Shown here: positions 37,501 through 50,222 of the stretch, piece after piece
Numbering within the stretch: the stretch's first letter is position 1
How the letters are laid out: every line of letters begins with the position of its first letter
From: Azolla caroliniana
Lineage: Eukaryota > Plantae > Polypodiophyta
DNA: 64,000 bases
Reading direction: 5' to 3'
Assembly: GCA_043228905.1 (NCBI GenBank)
Contig: JBHGNT010000012.1
Location: 10,044,001-10,108,000, forward strand
Position numbers and translations under genes: made by a program
The notes under the pieces: model-generated
Told to the model about the DNA's origin: nothing
What the model saw: the letters and a program-made list of their open reading frames with translations, nothing else
The model's database searches: none

Positions 37501-40013
37501 GCCGATTTTTGCGCTCGGCTACTCCGTTTTGTTGCGGAGTGTGTCGGTAAGTGAATTCTCGCCGAAGGAAATTCTCGCCGAATTCCTTCCTTTCGGAGAT
37601 ACGCCGTGAAATCGTCCGAGAAGTACTCCTTGCCGCCATCCGATCGAAGGCATCGTACATGTCGACCCGTGGCTTTCTCGACTTCATTCTTGAAATTTTG
37701 GAAGTGTCCGAACACTTCGCTCTTTTGCTGCATCTTGTAGATCCAAGTGTGCCTAGAAAAGTCTTCAATGAAGAGCACGTAATACCGGCATCCGCCGAAT
37801 GTCGTCGTTTGGGCTGGACCCCATACATCGGAATGAATTACGTCGAGTACACCTTTGCTCACATTCCGCTCCTTCGAGAATGGGTGTCAGTGTTGCTTGC
37901 CGAATTGGCACGCTTCACATACACCTTCAATCACCTTCTCTTTGAATGTCGGGAGTTCAATGACGACTCCTTACGACTTCATTGCTTTGAGTTTGTTGAG
38001 ATTGATGTGGCCGATTCACTTATGCCATAGCTCTATGTCGGAGTCGGCTTTCGTGCTTTTTGCGAACATGGCGGATTTCATCTCGTGCGAATCGAGAATG
38101 AACATCCGGCCCTCTCTTCTTCCGCGTGCGATGATTCGGCCTTCTTTTTCGATGAAGCACCCTTCTTGGTTGAATCGTACTTGCATCCCTTGCTCAACCA
38201 TTTGGCCGACCGAGACCAAATTCTTTGTGATGGTGGGAACATGCAAGACATTTTTAATGTATGTTTGCTTACCTCTTTCGCCGAACGGAACATTGCCGAT
38301 GTGCCGAATCGGGTGCATAGTGTCATCTCCGATTTCGACATAACCGGGTCGCTCCGGCTCTCGAAGTTCAAGAAACCATTCTTTATGGGATGTCATATGG
38401 TTTGAGGCTCCGGAGTCTACAAACCATACGTCCTCCGGATTGAGGGCACTAGTTGAGGTAGAGGCCGACATAGAGTTTGCTCTATGTTTCATCATGAACA
38501 TTCCGCCACGGTCGGAGTTCCATGCATACATTCCTCCACGATCTTCGTAGTCGGAGTTGTTCCCGTATATTCCGCTATACTCTTCGTAGTCGGAATTGTG
38601 TGCGTAATTCGTGAATTGTCGGCTTGTGGAAGCCGATTCACGCATCTTCTTTCGGCACTCTTCTTCGTGGTGGCCGAGCTTTCCACAATATCCGCATTCG
38701 GTTGCGTTTTGACGGCTCGGGCCGGATTGGAAGCTCCCCCTTCTTGCGAAGGTTCCTCATTGGCCTCCGTTTTGCGGCCGAAATTGGGAGTTGTTGTTGT
38801 AGGTCGGACCTCGTCCGCCTTGTCCTTGGCCGAATCGGCCTCTCGCTCGTCCGCATTCTCTTCCTCCATTAGAGTGCGTGTAGAGCATGTGGCCTTCCGA
38901 CTCATTGCTCCTTGTACGCACGTGGTTTTCTTCGACCAATAGCATTGATTGGAGCTCGAAGAAGGAGGGAGATTTCTCCCATGCTAGAACGGCGGTTCGC
39001 ATCGCGCCGAACCGTGGTGCGAGGCCGCCGAGGCATATTTGCACCATCTCATCATCATCTATACTTACGCTTATTGAGCCGAGCGAGTCGCAAAGCTCCT
39101 TGATCTTCAAGGTGTATGTCATGATGGACATGTCCCTTTGTTGAATGTTGTTCAACTCTTGGCGGAGTTGAAGCTTCCTCGCGGTCGTGTTGGCGGCGAA
39201 AATCTTTCGTAGATTTTCCCACGCTTCCTTCGGCGTCTTGGCTTCTCGAATGTAACCGAGCATATGGTCATGAACACATGTCGCCAAACAATACATCACG
39301 TGGCTTGCGGCTTGCTCCCATGTCGCGTATCCAGGAGCTGCTTCGGCGGGTCGGTCTTCATGCACTCCTTTGATGTAGCTCCAATAGCCTTGTCCGACAA
39401 GGTATTCGTGCATCTTGTACTCCCAAGATGCGAAGTTGTTTCGATCCAACTTCTCATTAGGGAGAGCGCTCCCCATTTGAGTATTCATTATATCGATTCT
39501 TCTTCTTCTTCTTCTCTCTTCGAATGCGAGCTATGTAGCGAAGCTACAATAGCGATGAGCCGGTTCTTGGCCGTCGGCGTGGAGCACAACACACAATCAC
39601 GATGAGGCGAATGGGCTAGATCGAGCTACCAAATCGCTCTAATACCATGTAAAGAATCGGATATGGATTATTGTGAAGCGGAAGAGATGTGAGTTATGTG
39701 TGTGTGTAAGAGAGAGAGAGACAAGAAATACGCAAGGTAAAAATATATTGACAAAGGAGAAAGACTTAACATTATACAAGATGGGAGGAGGGTGCTTTAT
39801 GTAGTCACCCTCTCTCTTCATTAACTACAAGGCTCATGGAGCATGGGGAATGTGAAAGCTCATAATTTATGTGTCATAGAATATGATTCTATGACTCATA
39901 CTAAATGCTAGAATACAAAGTGGTGACATAATGGTGACTCTTGACCGTTGAGGTGTCTCTTCACTCTCAAGGTGAGTTCACACACTAGACCAAGTTGAGC
40001 TTGATTCTCAACA
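34550..40013 (-). mobile_element. Complete Ty1/Copia element H nested in gag of D
   Basis: LTRs 34550-34919 and 39648-40013 (about 4 substitutions plus a GA indel), TSD TGGTG, PBS 39636-39647, PPT 34920-34930. Confidence 0.97.
35154..39488 (-). pseudogene. gag-pol: gag-pol of Copia H, disrupted
   Basis: MGSALPNEKLDRNNFASW; FVDSGASNHMT; IHSDVWGP; LYVDD; YTDADWAG. Stops, plus a frameshifting ~17-bp duplication near 37553-37586. Confidence 0.93.
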
Positions 40014-42188
40014 TGGTGCAACCTAAAGACTGCAAAGAACTTACCCACCACTTGGGAGCTGTTGCTTGGTTTCGTCGATGTTTTCAAGAAATGGTTCTTG
40101 CAGCCACCTTCTCAAACCGAGCAAGCACAAAACTTTCTCACATTGTCGAGCAAGCCATTTACCTCTCTCGAGGATTATGTGCATCATGTTGGGACCTAGA
40201 TCCAAAAATCGGGACTTAAGGGTGAGAAATGGTTTGTTGCTTGTTTTTTGAATGGTATTCCCAATGGGGATTACCATTGGATTGTCCATGACAAGGACCC
40301 CACAACTTTCGAGGAAGCCATCAACATTGTACCTCGGTGCCATAGGAATTCCAAGAAAGACCACAATAAACCTAAGTTCGCCAAAACTCCGAATGTCAAG
40401 ATCATTGGGAAACATAAGCAATCCAGTGCCACTCTTGACCACGACTCAAAGAAACTGAACCTCTTCTATGCATATTGCAAGAAGCGGGGCCACACAAAGG
40501 ATACATTTTGTCATGTTGAGAGGAAGTCAATGAACATCCCTCCTCAAGACAAATCTACGAGTCTTTTGATGTTATTGAAGTTCATACCAACCACTTAAAT
40601 TCATGTGAATGCACTTTTCCTTCACATTTACTTGGACCTAATGATTTACACCGAGGAGTGGGGTATATCAATGGAACACAAGCACATTTCTTGTTTGATT
40701 CCGGTGGTTCTCACAATTTTCTTAATGATCACTTGGTGCAACAAATGCAAATCCACATAAACGCAAGTGATCATATCTATCAAGTTCACATGGCAAATGG
40801 AGGTGTTCAATACATTAGTGGTATTATTCGTTAGCTTCCAATTCAAATAGTACCTATCTGGAGAAGCTTTACTTTGAACATGTTATAAAACTACAATCCG
40901 GAGATGTCATTTTAGATACCCTTGGTTTTTTAATAAAAACCCTTCTTTGTCCATTGATTGGGTTAATCACTCAATCACATTTGAACTTAATAATTGTAAA
41001 CATTTTATTCAATGTTCCAAACATTTGAGATTAGTAAACAACTTAAGGAATACTTGAGTATGGGCCACATTAGGTATAGTTAAGAAGAATGTTCATGGCG
41101 AATGTGTATCAATTATCGTTGTTTGAATAAAATGACAATAAAAAATGCATGTAGGTTACCTCGTGCTGATGCTTTGATTGAACGTTTGCATGGGGCCCAA
41201 TATTTTATGAAAATTGACTTACGAACAGATTATCATCAAATTCACATTGCCGAATATGATATTCCTAAAACTGCTTTTCGTACACGCTATGGCTATTATG
41301 AGTTTTTACTCATGCCTTTCGGTTGACTAATGCTCCAACCACATTCCAACAAGCAATGAATGACTTTTTCCGAGATCAACTCGGTGATTTTGTTGTCGTC
41401 TTCTTGGATGATGTTCTCATATATACCTGCACCTTGCAAGATCACATTCAACATGTTCGATTTGTTTTGCAAATGTTGCGTGACAACTCTGTCTATGTGT
41501 TGAGAGTCAAACTCAACTTCCCATAGTAATAGGTTTCACACTAGATCATGGTTATACCAGACTAGTTTTGTAAATAGTAGAAAGGGCACCTGCCCAAGTT
41601 TAGTTGGTATTTAAACCAACCCCTTGTAACTTAGTTACTGTTGGAAGTATTTTGGTTAATGTAATATACAATCTTTTATCTCTGTCTTATGCTCTCTCTC
41701 TCTCTGTTTTTCCTTACATACACACACACACACAGTCCTTCCGCTGCTTCTCCGCCACTTGTGCTCCTCATTTCTTTACATGGTATCAGAGCGTGTGGTT
41801 GCTTAATCGTATCTAATCAACTATGTTGTGGTACACGCCGACGATCAACAGAACCGGCTCATCAACCGAGAAGAAATCAACATAGTGAACACTCATATGG
41901 GAAGCACTCTTCCTACCGAGAAGCTTGACAGAATGAACTTCGCATCTTGGGAGTACAAGATGCATCAATACCTTATCGAACAAGGTTACTAGAGCTACAT
42001 TGAAGGAGCTCACGAAACTCAACCCAACCCAATACATGCCGACTATCCCGCTTGGGAGCAGGCCGCAAGTCGTGTGTTGTATTGCCTTGCATCATGCGTC
42101 CATGATCATATGGTTGGCTATATTCGTGATTCGAAAACACAGAAAGAAGCTTGGGGAAATCTCAAGAAGATTTTTGTGGCCAACACGG

Positions 42189-45100
42189 TGTTGGAAATTG
42201 ACGCTTTCAAAAAACCTTCACCTCTCGGCCACAACCGAGGAAACACGAATCAATGCAGCAGTAAATCGAAAACACAGAGAGAGACTCGAATGCATAGGGT
42301 TTAGCGTGGAAAACCCTAGACAGGAAAAACCACGGGAGTGCAAGACTCCTACTATCACTATACGCAGGGAATGTACAATGGTGAGCTGCAAAGCGACGAC
42401 CTTGAGCTCGCTGTCCTCGCCACAGGTGGCGGTATTACACAGAGGCGTCGATCTCTTCCTTTCTCTCTCTCACTCTCTCTCTCTCGGCTGCTCTCACTTC
42501 GCTCCCTCTAAATGGAAAACAGAAAAATGAGCAACAACTACAAAACTGTTTGCCCTAAGTCATATTTATACACATATGACTTTCGGGCTATTTACAAATA
42601 TAGCCTCGAGGGCCCTTGGCAAACATATTCACAAATATGTCCCCGCATCCGGATCTCTCTCCGGGTACATTCGTCATCCGGCTCCGTAGCCGGGGTCTTC
42701 ATCATCCGGATCCGAAACCGGGTCTTCATCCCGATTCCCGGACATCTGACCATCCCATCCGGAGGGACCGTAATCCCAACAAACTCCCCCTTCACTTCGG
42801 CATGGGATGTCTTTCCAGTCCGACCCTCTTCCGGCACGCTTCCAGCTTGTCGGGTGTGAGCACTTTGGTCAGCATATCTGATCCGTTCTCGTCTGTGTGG
42901 ATCTTCGTCAGCACGAACTCCTGGTCTTCTATCCTTTCCCGGATCCAGTGATATCTTCGCTGGATTTGCTTCGTCCGGGAGTGATAGGCCGCGTTCTTCG
43001 CAAGGTGGATGGCACTGTGACTGTCGCAGTAGAGTCGGTACTCCTCCTGCCGGATACCGAGCTCTCTAATGAAGTCCTTCATCCATATTATTTCCTTGCC
43101 GGCTTCAACAGCCGCCATGTACTCCGCCTCCGTGGTTGACAATGCAACCGTCTTCTGCAGCCTCGACTGCCACGAAACAGCTCCCCCTGCATACGTCATC
43201 ACATACCCTGATGTGGACCGGCTGGTATCTGCATCAGCCGACATATCCGAATCGGTAAAGCCGTCGAGTTCGGGCTTACCGGAGCCGAATCGGAGGCACA
43301 CGTTTGCCGTGCCCTTCAGGTATCGGAGTATCCACTTGGCCGCGTTCCAGTGCTCTTTGCCGGGATTGCTCATGTAACGGCTCACCACTCCGACTGCATA
43401 TCCTATGTCCGGTCTTGTACACACCATTGCGTACATCAAGCTTCCGACGGCAGAGGCATATGGTACTTTCATCATGTCCTCCTTCTCAGCCTTTGTCTTG
43501 GGGCTTTGCTTGTTGGACAACTTGCAGTTTGCCGGGAGGGTTGACCCGACCGGTCTTGCTTCCGACATGTTGAACCGGTGAAGCACCTCTGTCACGTACT
43601 TCTCCTGTGACAGCCACAACTGCTTCTTCTTCCGGTCCCGGATGATGTGCATCCCTAGTATTTGCCTCGCCGGACCCAGGTCCTTCATTGAGAAGGTTCG
43701 GTGAAGCGCTTTCTTCAGCATCCGTATCTTGACCTGGTCCCGTCCGACGATCAACATGTCGTCCACGTACAGGAGGAGTATTAGAAAGTCTCCTCCTTCG
43801 AACTTCTTCACAAACACGCAGTGATCGGACTGCGTTTTGTGGTACCCTTCGTCGGTCATGAAAGAGTCGAACTTCCGGTACCATTGCCGGGGAGCCTGCT
43901 TCAGTCCGTAAAGGCTCTTCTTCAACCGGCATACCAGGTGCTCCTTCCCTTTCTTCTCGAATCCTTCCGGTTGCTGCATGTAGATCTCTTCTTCGAGGCC
44001 ACCGTGAAGGAATGCCGTCTTCACGTCCATCTGTTCTACCTCGAGGTCCATGCTTGCCGCTATGCTCAGCACCGTCCGGATGGAGGTCATCTTCACTACC
44101 GGGGCAAATATCTCGTCGAAGTCGATGCCCTTCTTCTGCTGGAACCCCTTCACCACGATCCTGGCTTTGTATCTCGGGGGGTTTCCGGCATCTCCCGGTT
44201 TCAGCTTGAACACCCACTTGTTTCGAAGTGCCCGCTTTCCTTTCGGCAACTCCACAAGTTCATATGTGTGGTTCTCATGCAGGGAATCCATCTCCTCCTG
44301 CATGGCACTTAACCACCTGCGGCTATGGGTGTCAAGCTTTGCTTCTTCAAAACTCTCCGGCTCCCCCTCGTCAGTTAGCAGCACGTGCTCTGGTTCCGGA
44401 AATCTCCGGGGGGGCCTTCTCTCTCTTAGAGGATATCTCCGTTCCGGAGCTTCGGTAACCGGCTCCTCCGTTTCCTCTTCATCCGAATCCATTTCGGGAT
44501 CGGGGCCGGTTCCGGTATCAGTTTCATCTTCCTCGGCCGGTTCTGTTTCTTCACCGTCTTCGGCCGGATCCTCGAGTGCTAACCGGTCCCTTGCCGGCCG
44601 GGACTGCTCCTCGTAGAGTTGATCCTCACCGGTCGACTTGGAGCTCTTCATCTTCTTCTCCGACTCCCAGTCGGCGAGTGTCTTGTCCTCCATGAAGATG
44701 ATATCACGACTCCGGGATATCTTTTTGTCGACCGGGTCCCATACTCGGTAGCCGAACTCGTCATCGCCGTAACCGAGGAATATGCATGGCCGGGTCTTTG
44801 GATCTAGCTTTCCTCTCCGGTCCTTTGCCACATGCACATATGCGAGACACCCGAACACCTTCAGATGCCGGTAGGATACTTCCCTACCGGTCCACACTCT
44901 CTGCGGCGTGTCTCCGTCCAAAGGTACTGAGGGTGATCTGTTTATCACGTATGTCGCCGTCGACATTGCCTCAGCCCAAAACCCCTTGGGTAATTTCGCA
45001 TGCGCCAGCATACTCCGGACCCTCTCCACTATGGTCCGGTTCATCCTCTCGGCCAGCCCGTTCAATTTCGGCGTCTTCGGCACAGTAAACTCGAGCCGGA

Positions 45101-47489
45101 TTCCCTTCGAGCGACAGTACTCCTCGAACTGCCCCCGGTATTCCCCTCCGTTATCCGCTCGTATCGCTTTCAGCTTCTTGCCGGATTCCCTTTCCACTCT
45201 CGCGTGGAGTTCTTTGAAGACGCACAACACTTGGTCCTTTGTCTTCAACGGTGCCGTCCACAGCTTCCGGCTGTGGTCATCAATGAATGTCACGAAGTAC
45301 TGGGCTCCGCCATGTGACTTCGTTTCTACTTGACACACGTCAGTGTGCACCAACTCCAATGGTGCGCTATGTCTCGTCGGTGGCCTTGAGTGGAAGGAGG
45401 TTCGGTTCTGCTTACCGGTCAGGCAATCGGTGCACTTCTCCAGGTGCACATGCTTCACTGGAATAAGGTTGTCTTCTGCAAGCCTCTTCATCCCCTTCTC
45501 ACTCATGTGGCACAATCTCTTGTGCCACAGCTCACCGGCAGTGTCGGCCGCCACGTTCAACTCCTCCGGACACAACCAGGCATTCATAAGGTACAGTGTG
45601 TTGACTTTCCAGGCCCGAGCCACTATCAGGCTCCCCTTGCTGAACTTCATTACGTAGTTCCGGATGCTACCTGTGTAGCCTTCATCGTCTAGCCTCCCGG
45701 CCGAAATCAGGTTCAATCGAACCTCCGGAACGTGTCGGACATCCTTCAGCAACATTTTGCATCCGGTCGAGGTTGTCAACCACACGTCTCCTATGCCGGC
45801 AATCCGGCACGTACCTTCATTTCCCATCCGAACACAGCCATGCTCACCGGCTGTGTAGGATGAGAAGTATCTTTTTTCCGGGGTCAGGTGGAACGACGCT
45901 CCGGAATCGACCACCCAGGTAGTCTCATCGCCGGCAATGTTTAGTTCACCTTCTTCGGTGATGAGCATGATCTCCTCTTCACTTGCCGCGAGTGCCGTCA
46001 TTCCTTTCCGGTCCTGCCCTCGCCGATCCGAACCATTCCGGTCCGTGGCTCCCCGGTAAGCACCGTTCCGTTCCGAAGACTTCTTCAAATCGGTGTCGTC
46101 GGCTCCGTTGTCTTTTCGGTAATGCCGACAATTCTTTCGGAAGTGCCCCGGCTTCCCACAGTGGAAGCATGTGGGCCTTCCTCTTGACTGCGACCGGGTC
46201 CCCGACTTCTCCCGTCTTTGCGGACTCTGGTTCCGTTGTCTTCCCCGATCCGATTCGGTAAGCAGCATCTTCGGATCGGAGGCCGGTTCTTTATCTCTCC
46301 GACGCGCTTCTTCGTTGAAAATGCTTGTCTTTACCGTTTGTAGGGACAAGTTATCCTCCGTGCAGGAGGTGCTGAGAGTCACCACCGAGTTCTCCCAGCT
46401 TTCCGGCAATGTACACATCAGCATGATGGCTTGCATTGCATCCTCCAACGGGAACTTGATCGCCGCAAGCTGGTTCACGAATCCCATGAACGTGCTTACG
46501 TGTTCCACCATACTCTCGCCGTCCCGGTACTTGAGGTTCACTATCTTCCTCATCAGGGAGGTCCGGTTCAATGCATTCTTCCTCTCGTAGAGGCCTGACA
46601 GCTTCTGCCACATCTCATATGCGTTGGTGTCGTTCGCCACATGTTGTAGAACGCTCACGTCGACGTATTGCCGAATGGTTGCAACAGCTTTCTGGTTCAG
46701 AAGCCTCCATTCCGTCTCAAGTACCCCCTTGGGTATTTCCGACCTATCGATCGGTTCATACAGGTCCCGAACAATGAGCAGATCCTCCATCTTTATCTTC
46801 CAGTCGGCGTAGTTCTGCGCATTCAGCACCATCATCCCCGGCTGCCCGCTGCTGCCGCCTTCCATTTTCTGCACTAACCTTGCTCTGATACCAGATTGTT
46901 GGAAATTGACGCTTTCAAAAAACCTTCACCTCTCGGCCACAACCGAGGAAACACGAATCAATGCAGCAGTAAATCGAAAACACAGAGAGAGACTCGAATG
47001 CACAGGGTTTAGCGTGGAAAACCCTAGACGGGAAAAACCACGGGAGTGCAAGACTCCTACTATCACTATACGCAGGGAATGTACAATGGTGAGCTGCAAA
47101 GCGACGACCTTGAGCTCGCTGTCCTCGCCACAGGTGGCGGTATTACACAGAGGCGTCGACCTCTTCCTTTCTCTCTCTCTCACTCTCTCTCTCGGCTGCT
47201 CTCACTTCGCTCCCTCTAAATGGAAAACAGAAAAATGAGCAACAACTACAAAACTGTTTGCCCTAAGTCATATTTATACACATATGACTTTCGGGCTATT
47301 TACAAATATAGCCTCGAGGGCCCTTGGCAAACATATTCACAAATATGTCCCCGCATCCGGATCTCTCTCCGGGTACATTCGTCATCCGGCTCCGTAGCCG
47401 GGGTCTTCATCATCCGGATCCGAAACCGGGTCTTCATCCCGATTCCCGGACATCTGACCATCCCATCCGGAGGGACCGTAATCCCAACA
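42189..47489 (-). mobile_element. Complete, young Ty1/Copia element J (Tnt1/Tork-like) nested in gag of I
   Basis: 593-bp LTRs 42189-42781 and 46897-47489 (about 3 substitutions plus a microsatellite slip), TSD CACGG, PBS 46882-46893, PPT 42782-42791. Confidence 0.98.
42792..46865 (-). CDS. gag-pol: Intact Copia Gag-Pol polyprotein (~1357 aa)
   Basis: Uninterrupted ORF: CFHCGKPGHFRKNC, VVDSGAS, WHKRLCH..CTDC, VHTD..DNGGEY..AERMNRT, QMDVKTAF, LYVDD, FTDSD..EAEY..CDS. Confidence 0.96.
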   Translation of the reverse strand: MEGGSSGQPGMMVLNAQNYADWKIKMEDLLIVRDLYEPIDRSEIPKGVLETEWRLLNQKAVATIRQYVDVSVLQHVANDTNAYEMWQKLSGLYERKNALNRTSLMRKIVNLKYRDGESMVEHVSTFMGFVNQLAAIKFPLEDAMQAIMLMCTLPESWENSVVTLSTSCTEDNLSLQTVKTSIFNEEARRRDKEPASDPKMLLTESDRGRQRNQSPQRREKSGTRSQSRGRPTCFHCGKPGHFRKNCRHYRKDNGADDTDLKKSSERNGAYRGATDRNGSDRRGQDRKGMTALAASEEEIMLITEEGELNIAGDETTWVVDSGASFHLTPEKRYFSSYTAGEHGCVRMGNEGTCRIAGIGDVWLTTSTGCKMLLKDVRHVPEVRLNLISAGRLDDEGYTGSIRNYVMKFSKGSLIVARAWKVNTLYLMNAWLCPEELNVAADTAGELWHKRLCHMSEKGMKRLAEDNLIPVKHVHLEKCTDCLTGKQNRTSFHSRPPTRHSAPLELVHTDVCQVETKSHGGAQYFVTFIDDHSRKLWTAPLKTKDQVLCVFKELHARVERESGKKLKAIRADNGGEYRGQFEEYCRSKGIRLEFTVPKTPKLNGLAERMNRTIVERVRSMLAHAKLPKGFWAEAMSTATYVINRSPSVPLDGDTPQRVWTGREVSYRHLKVFGCLAYVHVAKDRRGKLDPKTRPCIFLGYGDDEFGYRVWDPVDKKISRSRDIIFMEDKTLADWESEKKMKSSKSTGEDQLYEEQSRPARDRLALEDPAEDGEETEPAEEDETDTGTGPDPEMDSDEEETEEPVTEAPERRYPLRERRPPRRFPEPEHVLLTDEGEPESFEEAKLDTHSRRWLSAMQEEMDSLHENHTYELVELPKGKRALRNKWVFKLKPGDAGNPPRYKARIVVKGFQQKKGIDFDEIFAPVVKMTSIRTVLSIAASMDLEVEQMDVKTAFLHGGLEEEIYMQQPEGFEKKGKEHLVCRLKKSLYGLKQAPRQWYRKFDSFMTDEGYHKTQSDHCVFVKKFEGGDFLILLLYVDDMLIVGRDQVKIRMLKKALHRTFSMKDLGPARQILGMHIIRDRKKKQLWLSQEKYVTEVLHRFNMSEARPVGSTLPANCKLSNKQSPKTKAEKEDMMKVPYASAVGSLMYAMVCTRPDIGYAVGVVSRYMSNPGKEHWNAAKWILRYLKGTANVCLRFGSGKPELDGFTDSDMSADADTSRSTSGYVMTYAGGAVSWQSRLQKTVALSTTEAEYMAAVEAGKEIIWMKDFIRELGIRQEEYRLYCDSHSAIHLAKNAAYHSRTKQIQRRYHWIRERIEDQEFVLTKIHTDENGSDMLTKVLTPDKLEACRKRVGLERHPMPK

Positions 47490-50222
47490 CACGGCTGCAC
47501 GAAAGCTCCAACTTCGACAGGAGCTAAACAACATGCAACAGAGGGACATGTTGATCACCAGCTATACCTTAAAGATCAAGGAGTTGTGTGATCCCCTCGA
47601 TTCGATTAATGTTGTAATCGACGATGATGAGATGGTGCAAATATGAGTCGGCGGCTTAGCACCCTCATTTGGCTTGATTAGATCGGCCATCCTTGCAAGG
47701 GAGAACCCTCCTTCATTTTTCGATCTCCAATCAATATTGTTGGTTGAGGAAAATCACGCCCGACAAAGGAGCAACACACCATAGGGTCAAGTGCTCTACT
47801 CCCAATCGGATTATAGAAGAAATTTCGGCCGTGGAAATAGAGGTCGATTCGAACAAAGCCGTAATGGTTGGCAGACTCAAAAGCGTAACTTCCACCAATG
47901 GCAAGCGTACAGGAACAGTCCCAGATAGTTCGGTAGAAGGGGGAGTCATCACGCCGGACCAAGCAATCGTAACAACCCAATTGAATGCGGGTATTGTGGA
48001 AAACACGGCCACTATGAAGAGGAGTGCCGAAAAAAGGTACAAACTCCGACTACGACAATCGTAGCGGAATTTTTACAAATTACGCCACAAATTCCGACTA
48101 CGGCGACAGTGGCGGAATGTTCGTAATGAGGGACGAAGCACACTCGATGTCAGCACAGGCCTCAACTAGTGCCTCCGCCTCAAATAACGAATGGTTTGTG
48201 GACTCGGGAGCATCTAACCACATGACGTCTCATGAAGATTGGTTTCGGGAATTGCGAAAACCCGAACAACCCGGATATGTCGATACAGACGATGACACGA
48301 CTCATCCAATACAACATATTTGGAACGTCCCATTTGGAAACAATGGCAAACAAACCTATCTCCAGAACGAACTGCATGTCCCTACCATCACGAAAAACTT
48401 GGTCACGGTCGGCCAGATTGTCGAACAAGGAATGCAGGTATGATTCAACGATGGTGGGTGCTTCATCGAAAGGGGTGGACAAGTCATCACCCACGGTCGA
48501 CGAGAAGGCCGTATGTTTATCCTCGAATCGAACGAGGTAAAGTCAGCCATGTTCGCAAAGGGCCTTAAAGTCGAAACCGACATAAACCTGTGGCACAAGA
48601 GAATCAGCTACATCAATCTCCAAAAACTCCAGAACATGCAATTGAAAGGAGTTGTAATCAGACTCCCGAATTTTACCGCCAAGGAGATTACAGGCGTATG
48701 CGAAGCATGCCAGTTCGAAAAGCAACACCGACATCCATTCCCGAAAGAGCGGAATGTGAGCAAAGGGATCCTGGATGTCATACATTCAGATGTATGGGGA
48801 CCGGCCCAGACAAACACACTTGGCGGATGCCGATATTATGTCACATTCATCGACGACTTCTCCAGGCACACCTGGATCTACCCAATGAGACAAAAGAGTG
48901 AAGTGTTCGGACATTTCCAGAGGTTCAAGGCCGAAGTCGAAAAAACTACGGGTCGGCACATACGTTGCCTTCGATTGGATGGAGGCAAAGAATACTTTTC
49001 GGATGAGTTTACGGCATATCTCTAAAAGGAAGGAATCCGACGAGAATTCTCATGCCGTCACACACCTCACCAAAACAGCGTAGCTGAGCATAAAACCCGG
49101 CACATAGTAGAACTGGCACAGGCTATGATGAATAGGAAGAACCTACCGAAATCGTACTGGGAAGAAGCGGTGAACACGGTTGTATACCTCATGAATAGGT
49201 GCCCAACCTCGGAAGTACATGACATAAATCCTCATGAGAAGTTCTTTGGAAAGAAGCCGGACTTATCACATGTCCGCATTTTCAGCATAATCTCTTACGT
49301 ACATATTCCCGACGATACGCGACAAAAGCTCGACCCGAAGTCGGAGAAATGTATCCTTGTAGGATACTCACTCGAACAGAAGGGGTACAAATGCTACAAC
49401 CCATCTAGCCGAAAAGCTTGCGTAAATCGAGATGTCGTTTTCGAAGAGTCTGCATCCTGGTACGCACCAAAAACAACTTAGACTCTGACTCCACTCGACC
49501 CGGAATCCGCCGAAATGGAGATAGAAGATGAAGATCGGCTGACGTGCATGTACGAAGAAAGCCCGATTACGACACGGCTTAGTGGACCACGGAAGCCCTC
49601 GAGTGACCCAAGCACATTTCAACTGAGTCCGAAACTCGACAAAGGGAAGCCCAAGATGTCTGAATACGAAGATCAAATCGACAATGCGTCAACTCACTCC
49701 CTTGACAGTGAGTTGGAAGGCCTAGACATCCCAATCATCCGGATAGATGGAGCGAAGAAAGCCTTAGCATCCGCAAACGAGAAGCTCCTTCGACCCACCC
49801 GTGAAAAGAACCCCTTAAGGCGCTTCGGCTACAACGATTATATGGCGTACCATTATGCCTTCATGATAAAGGTAGCATCAATACGAGAGTTGGAGATGCT
49901 TTCCGAAGCCGTAACGGATCCACGATGGGTCGATGCGATGCATGATGAAATGGAAGCGTTATGCAAAAATGAGACATGGGATCTCGTCCCTCACATGAGC
50001 GCAAGAAAGCGATTGGTTGTCGATGGATTTACAAAGTGAAATACAATGCTGACGGCTCTGTAAATCACTTCAAAGGATGGCTTGTTGCAAAAGGATACGC
50101 GCAAATGCACGGCGTAGACTATAAATAGACCTTTGCCCCAGTGGCAAAGACGACCACCGTGCAGTGCGGACTGTAATTGCTCTTGCAGTAGCAAAAGGGT
50201 GGCACCTCCACCAGATGGACGT

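Larger units (their letters stand above)
33426..41497 (+). mobile_element. Degenerate Ty3/Gypsy D (relative of A/B/C), interrupted by H and I
   Basis: gag TWLGRWESHFELHP..GRAAAWW resumes after H; protease LFDSGGSHNF; [26 protein letters not shown]; internal deletions. Confidence 0.9.
41498..50222 (+). mobile_element. Ty1/Copia element I nested in RT of D; interrupted by J and K
   Basis: 5' LTR 41498-41780 (TGTTG..TTACA), PBS 41781-41792, gag from 41897 resuming at 47495, PR, INT and RT up to HQMDV at ~50222. Disrupted frames. Confidence 0.93.

Noticed and set aside
42897-46877. Many plus-strand and alternate-frame ORFs over J (and similarly over E, G, H, K, L)
   Set aside because: Shadow ORFs of GC-rich gag-pol sequence with no independent motifs.
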